A stretch of 64,000 nt of DNA from Klebsormidium nitens (Eukaryota > Plantae > Klebsormidiophyceae): assembly GCA_000708835.1 (NCBI GenBank), contig DF236990.1, positions 62,001 to 126,000 of the forward strand, given 5' to 3'. Below are positions 23,501 to 36,737 of the stretch, piece by piece. A program made the position numbers and the translations under genes. How positions within the stretch are numbered: position 1 is the stretch's first letter; the number at the start of each line of letters is the position of its first letter. Under the pieces are notes generated by a model that was given only the letters and a program-made list of their open reading frames with translations, was not told the DNA's origin and did no database searches.

Positions 23501-26500
23501 TTTCTGGGCGACCGGTGCTGCGGGCTCCCCTGCTGCGTGGTCGCCGTTTTGTGCCGGGTGGCCGTTCACCGCGAGCTCCGACTGGGAGCGGCTGATCGAC
23601 CGCGCGAGGTGCTTTTTGAGCAGAGACGATCGACGGTCGAGACCGTTTCCGGACGGCTCTCCGCTGGACCTCGGGTCCGCATCCCCTTCGGACGACCCCC
23701 CCAGACCGTTTACAGTCTGTCCATTCGCTCTTTGCTCTTCATCGCTGGAGGCTACGGAGTTGGAGGGGGCTTCGGAAGTGACCGGTTCGACCGCCGGAAG
23801 TGACGGGGCGTGCGGGGCGTCCCCCTCTTGCGCCAGGCGCAGAAACACCTCTGCAAGAAAAGTAGCCAGCTTAAGATCAAATTAGAGGAAAGATGATTCC
23901 CAGACGCTAGCAGATTTAGTTGCTTCTAGGTGCTACCCTTCACTAGCGAAGAAAGAGTGGGATGAGCTGGCATCATCACCGATGACAACATGAGAGGACG
24001 CAGCTCTCATCTGTAAGGGAGCATCATAGCCAGCGGAGCCTAGACTTAAAAAGCCTTTAGCCAGAACCAAGATCAATGCGCCATGACGACATTCAAATCA
24101 GCCCAAAACCCTTGCATCCAGCAAAGGCTCTTGAAGCGACGCTCTTATTAAACATTTTGCTGCAAAACTTCGCAGAGCATATCCATTCATATGAATGTCA
24201 CCGATCAAAAAGGGCTCCATCGAGAATGTACATCAAGTACTGCGTCATTTGTGACAGTCAATGGGTGTCTCAAACAAAGCAATGCGGAGACTAAACAGTG
24301 TAGTCAAGCAAGGACTTTGAACACCCGCACACTGAAGCTGGATGCAAGTTAAGCTTCAAGTACTCAAAGAAGCACACATACTACATACGAAAGAGTCGAC
24401 AACAAAGCGGTTCTAGTAACAAGAATGGCAACGTAGCACCATAAAAAGAAGGTCGAACGCATCGCCATCAGCGCTTGCGTCGTCGCATCATTGTATCTTG
24501 GGGTAATAGACGCCGACTACACGATGTGAAGGGAAAAAGCAGCGGGAGAGTACTCGGCACGTATTCACCTACGTCCCTACAATGACAGAAGCACTGCCGT
24601 CGTTTGCGACTCATCCTTGCCAAACAATCGAGAAATGAGTCACTCCTAACGAAAGGCGTACCAGCAGTGGGTCCAAACGTTCGTCCTAAGTCGTTTGCAC
24701 AAGCAAGGGATGCTTGGGCGGGTTCTGACAATTTTTCACGACTTTAAATACAACGTGAGACGCTCTCATAATCTTTGGCGACGATTCCAGATGTATCGCT
24801 CTGTCTCCACACTTTCTATAGCTGCGCAGTTCCACATTTCATATTTGAGAATGGCATAGCAATTGAAGATCGTCCCGAGAAGACCCATCCTAGCAGAAGG
24901 CTTACAGCGAATAGGAGAAGCAAGGACAGAGGAGGACCAGACTGTAGCTTCCTTGATTTCAAGTGTGTATCACAAGACAGAAGACCGCACATGGCGACCG
25001 GGCGGTCATATAGCGCTCGATTGACCCAACAGACAGTTTCAGGCATGCAGAAAACCCAAGTTAGGCAATTGAATGCCACGACGACTGGTTCAAAAGAAGT
25101 TCGGGGTTGCGTAGCAGCCTTGTAAACGTCAACCCGGTTCATTCGACTTTCTTACACCTTAGCATGCCAGCTTCTGCGCTCGGCCTGTCTTGGAGCCGTT
25201 GGCCGTTGTTGCAACTCAATTTTCCTGTACTCACGGATGTGCTCCAAAGAATACGAGGCAGTCAAAATTACAAACTCAGCAGAGAAGCATTGCAGAAAGG
25301 TGCACAAGGATCTGGCGTCAGCTGATAGGCACGGTTGTCGGTTGAGGTTGTTTTGCAGATCTCAATCGTCCGTCGCATCATTGCCAGATAGGCGTTCAAT
25401 CATGGATAGTATACCAACAAGTCAACGACACGACTAGTTTACCGACAAGTCAACGCCCGTCAAATCGGGCATTCATCCTTTCATCCAGCTTGTGGGTCTT
25501 CGGACACAATTCAGGCGCGTTAGAAGGAAGAGTCGAGTGAGCGACTAACAAACTTGGCGCTGTGGGTTGAGACAAGAGAAAGACAACGTTAGGCAGTGGC
25601 ATGCAGATCGATGAGGTTCTACCAATTCATGAGAGTGTTTTGCAACCCTCAGGCAGCAGTTGCGTCATGGCCACGCAGGTATGCCAATGGAAGCAAGTCA
25701 AGCACAACCACATTGCCTGCTCGTCTTGGATTGAAGATCGCCAAGGAAAGCGCCAGGGCGAAGGTAGGTTACGAGATAAATAATCAGCAGAAGATGAGCG
25801 ACAAAATATTGTGCGCGTGTGTTACCCAACCAGCGAAACGAGGTTGGACAGAAACATGTCCGGATTGGGGCAATGGAAGCACAAATGGGCGGAGGGCAAC
25901 AACAGGAATAAGGGTGTATGAATCTCGGTGTATCGGATGCAGACAGGACCAAAGTACGGAAGAATCCGCTTGAGGCTCAACTCCTCGTCTGCATCGCCCC
26001 TCGCATCTGGGGCTAATGCAATGTCTTCTTCTTACACAACACTACGGTCAACCAAGTAATCCTTTTCCTTCTTGGAAGCAGATACGAAATGAGATTTTTG
26101 ATACTGGTGGTATGAGGAGAAGGAAGAATCAGCTAAAGAATATGTGGCCTCGACATACGCGAAGAGCTCCTGGCAGGAGAACTGCCGTTTTTGACGTTTC
26201 CTCACCGCCAACAAGCTGGCAGCGTCCAACATAAGCGCGAAAAAGATCCACGTTGCACAGTCGACGGCGAGAATGATGTCGTCATCGTCCTCATCGGCTT
26301 TGCCAAACATCAGCGGAGGCGCAACGAATGGGCGCAGAAGTGATAGTGTAAACCGAAGCTTCCGAAAAGGCTTCATCACGGAGCCCACTGACAGGATTCT
26401 TAAGGCGTTCGTGTAAGTTTCTTCATAAACAAACTGGAAACAAGGAACTTCAAAGCAACGGATTCATCGACCAATCTCATTAAAAGTGTCCTCCAGCAAA

Positions 26501-29500
26501 ACTGAAGGTCAAGGAGCCCTTACATTCACACTGAGCTCGCCAAACACGGCTCGAAGGGAAATCAGCAAGCAATTATCTGGGCACAATCCAGAGCATTACA
26601 TGGAATGCCACGATTGTGCTTCACAACCAAAACGGCAAGTAGACGCTTACCCTCGAGTGTCGTCATCGATACGCCATACCCACCCACGTGCAGCCCCTCC
26701 CTCTTTTCCTCCAACTCCTTGAACAGCGCCGCAAACCCACTCTTGTACGCAAGCGGCAATTGGAACGCCATTTCGCCTCCGGCTGAGCTCAGCGGAACCG
26801 CCTGGGGCACGTGCCGGGTGACGAGGCGGGTTACCGCTAACTCGTCGCAGTCGGGCCCGGCTTTTGTCATGGTTAGGTTGTAACCCACCCCGTAACGCGC
26901 CTTGAGGAAAAGCGAACTGCCGCAGCAACGGAGGCGGCCGTCCGACAAAATTGCGATGCGGTCGCACAGGACGTCCGCTTCGTCCATGTAGTGCTGGAGA
27001 GAACGAATTAGCACTGGGGTCAGATTCGAGCTTCCAAATACTGTGTGAACTGGGGGTAAGATTTGAGATTCCAGATATTGTGTTATCTGCTTTTGACATA
27101 TGCAAGTATTATGTCGCTTTTAGGCCGTTGACAATCCAAGAGGATCGCGATGCGGTCGCAGAACTCGCCCGCTTCGTCCATGTAGTGCTGGAGAGAACGG
27201 GTTTGAAGTGGGTTCAGGATCTCAGATTTCCAGATACTGTGTGTCTGCTTTTGACTTGCGCAAGTTATATAACGTGGTCAAGCGGTCCGAGAGGATTCAC
27301 AAAGCCGAAGTCCTAACGCAACTGCTTGCCCATTCTCGTGCGGGTCTAGGTCCACGTGGTCTCTGCCTCCAAAACAAAAGCGTCTTCGTCGCAAGTGAAC
27401 ACCGAGGTGACCCTTACCGTGGTCAGTACGATGGCCCGGTCATCTTTGAACTTCCGCAACAGCTCCCACATGGCCCGCCGACTGTGAGGGTCCATACCTG
27501 CAGTTAAAAGCGGGTCGTTGAGTCTTAGAGACACACTTCTGTTCAGTGTGCAAGCTTTTCCAAAACATCAATTATGCGGCTCGAAAGCGGGTCAGTGGCT
27601 CTCAAGCAAAGCTTTCTGTGTGTCGAGTTTCCGCAGCCGGACCAAAGAACTTCACGATGGTCGAAATCGCAGCGCTACTGTTCGAAGTCAACATGAGGAC
27701 TCTAGTCTGCAAGGTTCAGCCAGGGGGTCTCACAACTTTGGCAGGTAACGGTTCCGATATACTGGGGTACAGACATACAGTGCCTAACCAAATGCAAACA
27801 CAAAATCTGGAGCATTCATCTTCCGGAGTCAAAATCTCAACGGCAGGGCTGCGATGCTTGGTTGTCTGCAGCTAGTTCGTGATTCTGAAGTCCGCCTGTC
27901 CGAGCCTTTTCCAAGAGAATGCTGCTTCTGCGGCCTCCACCCGATCCGCGTACCTGACGTCGGCTCGTCCAAAAAGACAACTTTGGACCCCCCAATCAGC
28001 GCAATGGCCACTTGTAGCTTGCGCTTCATTCCCCCGGAGAGGGACCCCGCCGGCGCGTCAATCTTGTCCGCCAGCTCTAGTTGCTCGACCACGGAAGAGA
28101 CGCCTTCCGAAATATCCGGCGGGGGAACGCCCTTGAGAGCCGAGAAAAGCTCTAAATGTTCACGCACCTGCAGGTAGAGGGTAGAGGTCTAAGAGCTTCT
28201 TCTTGTTCCTACAATCACGCCCCTGACGTCGTCTCCACCAGCTAATTTGACTTCGCTAGTCTCTTCCGACGGCTACAAATTTGCGTTTTGAACCGGCCGA
28301 TACATTTGAGACTGAAACAGGGCCTCCCAGATGGACCCAAGCTCAAAATCCACGGCATATAATCAAGTTCTTTGTCAGCCATTTTCAAGGTCCCTCAGCA
28401 AAATCAACACATGGCAGACCAGGTCCAAATCTGCGACTTCCTTTGCCCCGACATAAGCAAGAATCTCCTCCCTATCTGCAATCTTTCGGGTAATCCAGAG
28501 AAAAACCCCTACGCGTAACCCGGTGTGCCAACCGCTTATGATCGCGACCCGTATAGATTTATACTTCACTAAGACTATGTTCGCATCAGTGCACAATTCT
28601 CACCTTCAGACGGAAAGCAACCCTGAACATTCCCCGAACACAGACAGCCATACGCATTCCAAAGCGAGAACCGCAGACCAGAGCAGCCGAGTTCCGAACA
28701 CACAATCCAGATCAGCAGATCACAGAAACCGCAAAATCCAGATATCCAAAGTCTGAAATCGCGCCCCTCACCGTGAGCTTGTTAAACAGCACGTTGTGCT
28801 GCGGACACACGCCGATCACCCGTCTTACGGCGTCCATACGCGTCCGAATGCTGCGGCCCCAGATGTGCGCATCGCCACCGGTCGGCCGAATAAGCCCCGT
28901 CAGCATAGAGATGGTCGTCGACTTCCCCGCGCCGTTGTGACCCAGCAGTGCAGTAATCTGCAAAAACGGGTGGAAGTGTGCAAGATTCACCAATCTATGC
29001 ATACCAAAATAAAAGTTAAGTGTCGGCGCGGTTGTGGTCCGGCAAAGCGGATCTGGAAAACGGTGGAAGTGTGCAGGATTGGATGATCTATGTCCGTAGA
29101 CCGGTCCGAGATAAAGATAGGTGCTGTTATGGTCCGGCAAACCTGTGATAAGGCTTCATGCTTTACTGAACCGCCGTCGCTAAGACCGAACCCGAGAGCA
29201 AATTTACGCGGCGCGGCGCTGTACCACAAAGTTGCTTTCACCTGTTCGGATTAACGGCCCTAGGAACTAACGGCCCTAGCAGGACCGTGACAGAAGCAGG
29301 ATTATTATGCTGAATTCAACTTCATATTTCGGGAAAACCAAAAAACGGAACTGTTTGGTGGGTCAATGCGAAACCTGTCTCGCTACTTCATTCACAACGA
29401 AACTCTGGGTCCAAACGGCCGCCCCAACAGAAACAGTGTTGTTTCAGACCAGGAGGAACCACAAGCTCACCTGCCCATCGTAGACCGTCAGATCCAGCCC

Positions 29501-32500
29501 ATCGACGGCCGTCCTTCCTCCCGGGTAAACCTTTCTTAACCCCTTGGTCTGCACCGCCACCTTGCGCGTGCCCTTCTCGACGCGTTCGATCGAGGGCGCC
29601 CCTTCTTCTTCCTCCATTTCAGGGGGTATGTGCGAGTCGTAGAATGACTCCCCCAGCCAAAAGCGTTTCGTGAACGGGAACCAGAACGGAAGGCGGGTGC
29701 CGTATTCAGACGGTAAGACTTGCTCCAGGTACCTGGAAGAAGACGGATAACAACTCAAACTAGCATAATATATTCATTACCACCTTGAGATAGCTCAACC
29801 AAGCTTCGCAGCCAAGCCCCAAGTCGTGGTCGTGCAATGCTTCCTACTCGCAACCCTGAGCCTTGCAGACTTCGCACTCTTATGACCGCGATGAAAAATC
29901 TTAGACCTGTTTGACCGCAATTTGACGGAGGCGAAGTGGCGGGAAACGTTGCTACAAACCTGTCAGAGTCAAGTGTGAGGTACGATGAAATCGGGAAGAA
30001 TTCCCGTCTCGAAACTGACGAGGATCAAACACAGTGCTTGCAAGCCAGGCTAGTACTTAGTTTCACGTCCAGCGCTCAGGCGTGCCTCCAAAAGTAATAC
30101 AGCCCGCTCTTACCATGCCAGGAAAGAGTAAAAGAAGAAGTCGCCGAGAAGCAGCAAAAGGATGGTCGACATCGCGAAGTCGTCGTCGGCGACCTCGTCC
30201 CACCGCAAGCCCATGAAAGCGCCCTCGTAGGTCGCCAGCAAATCAATACCTGCACCAGAAGTGAACTGGAATAAGTTCTTAAATACAGATTCTCTAATCC
30301 CTTTAATGCCAAACTCTACTTTTGTTAGATTCTCCCGCAAGCCCATGAAAGCGCCCTCGTATGTCGCCAAAAAGTCGATACCTGCGGCAAGCACAGGCGA
30401 ATGTGGAATAGAATCTTATGTACAGAATTAGCCAAGACACTTTTCGGTAAAGTCCCCCGCAAGCCCATGAAGGCGCCTGCGTACTTCGCCAGCAAATCGA
30501 AACTTTGAGAGGAGCACGATACATCGTGCATTCACAATCAGAACTGGTACCATCCCAGCCAATTGCGAATCATGGAACCCGGAAAGGGCAACGCTAAAGT
30601 TCAGTTCCTCAAGAAATCTGATCGAACCGACCGTAGCTTTAAGATTCGGAGCGTCGAGCAATCAGCAGAAAGCTCGCTACAAAGCGGGAGACACTTCGAC
30701 AACAGCCCTGTACTTCTCAAAACGGCAGACGAAGTACAACCCTGCTCTGACTGCCAATCTTGCTCCGTTTGGGAGAACATTCAGACTGCGCTGCTTAATT
30801 TCTTCAATACCAACTTCTTCGACTTCGAAAGCTTACTTTGCTTAGTGGGAGCGCAGCTTACCAAACGTGAAAGCGGTGGAAGGTAGAAAACCAGCCAGAC
30901 ACTTGGCGTAGATCGCCTGGTCTTCGTTAGTCCGGAAGAAGATGTAACGAGGCATGATGGCCGCGAAGTGGGCGAAAGGGGCCACGATGGCGGCGAGCTT
31001 GGACTTGGAGAAGAAGACGGCGATGAAGAAACCTGCGGAAACGAGCAAAAAGTTGTTGAGTGTCCGTAAGATGCTTGATTGACAACCCCGTACCCAGCTT
31101 CCTCTTGACCTTCACTTATGGAAGGACGTCTTAGGGACTCAGAAAGCTTTTGGTTTCAATGCATGACAAGTCCCTCGATGTTGGAAGTGAACGTTGCTGG
31201 TAGTAGCAGAGTAGGATGGTCGTGCACAAGGGGAAAACAGTGAAGTCAGAAATATTCAAGGGCAATTAGATACGAAGAGCAAGACCAAAAAACATGGCGA
31301 GGAAGCGCAAAGCGCTCAATGCACCAAGAGAAACTAGACAGACAAAAACGGATCACCTGATGCTTCAGCACGTTATAAAAGTGGACAAACGTATGTGATG
31401 GAAAGACACGTTTTGAAATCGAGAACACTTGCAGGTTCAACGACGTTCTGCAATATCACACGCTTTGACCAGATTGTGGTTGAATCAAACAGAATCCCTT
31501 ACCGAGCAAGAGCAGAGCGTGAAGAGGAAGAGCGAGGACAATCGAAGGGCGAGGCAACCAGACTTTGTATAAAGAGAAACAATCAAGAGAAAAATGAGGC
31601 GACTCGGCAGGAATCTCACGGAAGGGGATGAGCGAGAGCGTGAAGAGGAAGGGCAGCGCGCAGATGAAAGAGCCAAGAGCGAAGATGGAAAGAGAGATAG
31701 GAAAAAGGCAGCAGACTCGTTTTCATACAGAGTAGCACGAACAGGGGTAGGTGACTCAGCAAAATACTCACCAAACGGGATGAGCGAGAGCGTGAAGAGG
31801 AAGAGCAGCGCGAAGATTAGCAGCGGGTCCGATCGGCTGAGGAACGTGGACGAGATGATGGCGGTAACTAGAACGGAGACGGCGAAGAAGACGGCGAGGT
31901 ACGTCAGGAACCAGGACGCGTGGAACACCCACAGGCGCAGGCCCATGATACGCATCGTCTCCTTAGCGCGGCTCTCCTTCTCCTCCACGATGCCCTGCGC
32001 AGATCCACAAAGTCTTAGGTTTTCGTTTTCATAATCTTCAGACTTGAGGGTTGGCGGATTCTTACGTTTCAGGGTTTCCAATTGCAGCGACTGAATATTT
32101 TCAGGTTCCAACCTTTCAGGCCGTTGACTTTCATTCGCTAGACGAGATTTGGCAACCGTGCGACCTCGTGTTATTGCGGCTCTCCTTTTGGTCCAAAAAG
32201 ACCTTCTACTGCTTCCCCACTTTGGATTTTCTAGGCTGAACCTGTCTAGACTGGATCCGTTAGCTTCTTAAGAATGAGGAGAACACGGTGGCTTCAAACC
32301 AAAGCAAACCTCGTTTGAATTTTTTTTTTGAATCCGCAAGCACGACGTATCTAGCCTGAGCGGATGTCACAACTGTCATCTGGCACACCCGCTTTACTCA
32401 TCATGCAAACTTGCACTGAGCGGTTCTCCCGCCTCTTGAACTTATCCAAGCACTTGGGAAAGGGTTCGCAAGGAGACCTCACCTTGACCATCATACCCAA

Positions 32501-35500
32501 AGGGTACAGCGTGCATAAGCACATGAGCAGCCCCATAAGCGGCCCGACCGCATCGTAAAAATCGTTGTACAAATACCCGTCTACCGGAAACGGCAGCCCC
32601 CACACGTCTGCGGGCAGATACTCGGGAGGTGGCGCGGCGTGGGCCCGAGGAGGCAGGCTCGCGAAAATGTAATCGTCCACCGCTTTCTGCGAAGAAACGA
32701 GAAGTCTTAGTACAAATTGCAGGTATCCGGAAAGTAGACTTGACACGGTGCGTGGATCAGATTGGGCAATACTTGATATGCTTTCAAAGGGTTTGTCTTG
32801 CCGAGACATCGAAGATAAGGACTGACATAGAGCTTGGTGCCTCGAAGTTCATAAACAATTCGATTCAAAGAACAAGTATGGAAAAAACAAAATTCAAGAA
32901 GAGCAAAAATTTTAAAAAAGTTCGCTTTTTTGCCAACTGGATGCAAAAAAACTTGATTTCTCAAGATTCGATCTTCTTAACCTATATAACCAATCAAGCA
33001 AAACGAATAATGACATTTCATGGAAGCTATTTCCGTTGTATACCAAGGAGGAAACTCTTCGGATGGAACCAAACCATATTATCAACGAACTTAATCATTG
33101 AAAGAAGCGAAACCCGGTTTGTGAAGAGGTTTGAGCACTGGATTGAAAAGCGTTGTGGTAAAGGACGGAGCGCTTTACCTGGATGCTGAGGAACCCGCTC
33201 GTGTAGTAGTGCTTGTATCCTCCATGGATGCCGTGGGACCATTTGTGACGTACCCGGTTGGACTTGGGCACTGCAACACGGGGGTTTGCACGTCAGCGTC
33301 GCTGACGAGCCGCTGACGAGCCGCGGATCGTAACGAAGTGAAAAGATCTCTTCAAGATCTCTTCTGAGTCAGAAGCTGCATGTAGCATCCGAAAAGCCGA
33401 TCGAGGACCTGTGATGATAGCATCCAAGTCCTCTATTTGACCTTATGACCGTTCAGTTCGAAAGGTCGTTTCGATAAAGAAGCACCCTAACAAAGTACGA
33501 GGAAGGAGCGAGGCCTAAAAGTAAGGACCGGCATGCAGAGGAGTAGCATCGCTTATACCCTATCACAACCCTGGATACACACGCAAGTCCGCGCTCAGAA
33601 ACAAAAAAATTCCCAACGACGCTGAGTACGTTAGTCTCAAAAACGAACAAAAAATGCGTTAACTCGTCGAGTTAAACTCAGATTTAGCGTTGTGAAACAG
33701 ACCCCAAGCGAATGCGAGACTGCTGTGACCCCTACCGGTCGTGTAGTTCATGCGGATCATGTAGTCGACGTCCCCTGCCTCAAAGTCCATCTTGTTGACC
33801 ACTACGATCGCCCACATTTCCTGCTCTTTAAGAACGCCGGCTGCACCGAGAGCCGCGTCCACGGCCGCGGCCTCGGATGGGTAGGTGCCAGAGTAAACGG
33901 AGTCGAAGAACTGCCAAGGTGGGAAAATAGTCGGTCGGTCGGTCAAAGAAAGAAGAGACACTAGTTGATAGGGACGGTAAATTAAGAGGATAGTAACTGG
34001 AGACCTGAAGATCAATCAAGTGCGAGACGAAGTGTGGATAGTGCTCCGGTCGCACAAAGAATAATGAATAAAAATAATATAATAATAATGAATAATGGAC
34101 ATGGTTGACCTGGAAGTTCAACATCGACTTGAGACATTTCAATGTTCGCGCAGTCTGCTGGACTGAAGTTGGTTACTCCAGGTCAGATCTCGTTCATTGT
34201 ATTTGATAGCATTCCTAATATGGGTAATCTTAAGAGGTTGTCTAAAATGAAAGTGAAAGAAAGGCGACAAACAGATGGATATTGTATGTGAGAAGTTCTC
34301 AGCTAGCACCGCAGCCGTTTAAAGATCCCAGATTGCACTGGATGAGAAACTAACTCAAGCGCACAAACGGCAGGCATCCGCCCGCCTTGAATGAGCATAC
34401 AAAGAGGCAGCCATGCCCCTGAGAACATTGGCACTGGCAAAAGAGAACCACACCCGAGAACCCGAGGGAGGAGGACGAGAAAGCAGAAGCTTCGATCAAC
34501 TCTCACTCGGTATGTCGAATTCATGTGCTCCACCAGCCGTGCCACGTCATCGCTCTCGGGAGCGAACGCGAGCCCCCCCAGCTGGAGCAGGTTCCCAAAC
34601 TGGTTCCCGTATTTACTCTGCGCCTCCACTAACCTCTCGTACCCCCCCTGCCCCTGAACCGCCCCCTTTAACACCTCGTGGGTTAGCACAAAACCGTCGA
34701 AACCAGGCACCTTTATCGGGCCGTTATACCACCAGTAGGTGCGCCGTAACTGGTTGAGCAGGCGCATGACGTCGATGCAGTCGATGAGGTTTGAGAAGAG
34801 AGGGGGGGTGGGAATGCCGAGGGACGCTCCGAGCGTCTCGTTTGCTGAATGAGGGGAGAAAGGCTGGCCAGAGGCGAGGAGCGCAGCTTGCTGCTCGAAG
34901 GAGTGTAAGGCTTCGGTAAAGTCGCCAGGGGATAGGCCTTGCAACTGCGGAGGAAACAATCCGGCATCAATGAGTCCGGTGGCTTTGAAGGAGCTGGGGC
35001 AGCCTGCGACTCGAGCAAGGGTCCACGCTTGGTGTGACCACGCCGGTTTCACTGGGGTATGCCATTTCGAAAACGTGCCCAGAAGATGTGCAACAATTCA
35101 CGCTCCTGCCTCTTCACCAATTCATCCATCTATCCTCACCAAATGGATCCCTCCAACTACTGATAACCCCTCCAACAAGCAACCATAGCGCTTGATCGAA
35201 GAATCTCCAGAGAAGATGACAGCGGGGCAAGGGTGGAAAAGACAGGGAGGACCCCTGAACTCCAAGAGACAACTGCACTTCTCAACATGGGTCAAGATAC
35301 CCACACAATCTTCCGACATTTACCCATAGATAAAAATCAGACTCCGAACAGAACTCCCATTACAAGAGTGACACGGTCAGTATCAGGTATCAAGTAAACA
35401 GCCTACTCGCTCTAGCCTTCAAATACACAAATCACCAACTCACCCCAGCCAGGCCCGCAAACGGAGCGCAATGATCCCTCATGTCGCGCGCCACCAGCGA

Positions 35501-36737
35501 ACCGTCCAGGAACCTATCCAGAATGTGAATGGTCTGGTTGGCGAAGATCTCGGGCGGGCGGTACTCCACCACAGTCTGGTTGTACGCATACACCAGAGCA
35601 AACATGGTGATCACGGGGGTCAGTAACTCGAGCAGGGTTTGGAGCCACCCCCGCTTCTGCAAAGCAAGATTTTCGGGTTAGCTGAGGGTGGTTAGAGGGG
35701 GCGATTGGTTTGTCAAAAATTCATGGCAGGATGTTTCAAGGTTGAGGTTAGTAATAAAGGGGCTTAGCAAAGCCAGCAAATCCTGCTTCCGCTTCAGCCA
35801 TGCTTACACTTCACGCTTCAGCAATGATTACACTTCAGACAATTGATTAGCAGGATCTTCAGTAGTAGTGACTGAAAGGTGTCCATGGTATCTTGAAAGC
35901 TGCTTAAGTCCCGAGTTCAGCAGCGTTCTTAGCCACCCCTGCCTCTGCAAAGGTGGCAGGTTCAGAGATGGGGGGGCAATCAAGGTGAGTTCATCTCAGC
36001 TTGAGAATGAATGGTGTACTTGCTTTGATTGGAAGATTGCTTTGACTAAGTGGTGGCTGGTTCTAAGTGGCAGATCATTTGGAGAGGGGTGGCAAAAGAC
36101 GGGGAGGGCAGGCTGTTCAACTTAGTTCCACAATATGGGGTATGTGTGGTGGTTAGTGGCAGGTTGACTGACGCAATTGAGGAGCGCTGGGGCAACTCCC
36201 CTTCAGTGAATCACTTGTCAGAGATCTTGGGCAGAATCTCCCCAGCCCTTCATGTTCAACACAAACATGAGCGCCTTCATGAGAGTCCATATTTGACAAC
36301 TCTTCATCAATCTTGGATATCAGAAACTGATGCAAAACATGAATATGATGCCGTGCCTCAAAGTCGTAAGAGCAGTTGGACCTGGTTGATGAGGAGGTTA
36401 GAAGCCTTGCCTTGAAGAGGTACTGCCTCCAGAGCATGGCTTTGAGCTGCCGCCTCCCTGACGCCGGCTCTGGCAAACCAAACCCCTCTGGTTCGTCCAA
36501 ACCCTCCGGCTCTGCTGAGTCAGCCGCTGATACTTTCTCGTACCCTGCCCTGATCTTCCCAGGACCCCCTCTCCCTCTTCCAGGGGGCGACGAGCCCCCA
36601 TTTTGCTGTCCCCCAGCCGGTGGTCGCACAGCATTGTCTAGCAAGCGAGTGTTGTCAGACATCTCGATCTCAGTGGGGGAGGCCCCCTCTGCTGGACGCC
36701 TGATCCCCTGGCCAGAACGGTCTTGGGGGACTCCCAT
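17544..36737 (-). CDS. ABCA1: Full-size ABCA-subfamily transporter (TMD-NBD-TMD-NBD), about 23 exons
   Basis: N-terminus [22 protein letters not shown]; ECD1 ...[10 protein letters not shown]; [21 protein letters not shown]1: [54 protein letters not shown]. Second TMD: [20 protein letters not shown]2: [52 protein letters not shown]; stop 17544. All junctions I checked give consistent phases. The symbol reflects similarity in architecture to plant full-size ABCA1; orthology is untested. Confidence 0.93.

Noticed and set aside
23211-23885. 224-aa plus-strand ORF and similar long ORFs opposite ABCA exons (18844, 19270, 26605, 31594, 36376)
   Set aside because: Antisense shadows of GC3-rich ABCA exons.
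24300-26400. Hydrophobic ORF fragments suggesting an intact nested membrane-protein gene
   Set aside because: T-rich sense-strand intron sequence naturally yields F/L/V/C-rich peptides and the frames are broken; kept only as a low-interest repeat finding.
30200-31820. Repeat-spacer-repeat patterns resembling a CRISPR array
   Set aside because: The repeats are copies of ABCA exon ends in a eukaryotic intron, with irregular spacing, only 3 units and no cas genes.
34060-34100. AAT-rich microsatellite-like tract
   Set aside because: Ordinary short intronic low-complexity sequence.
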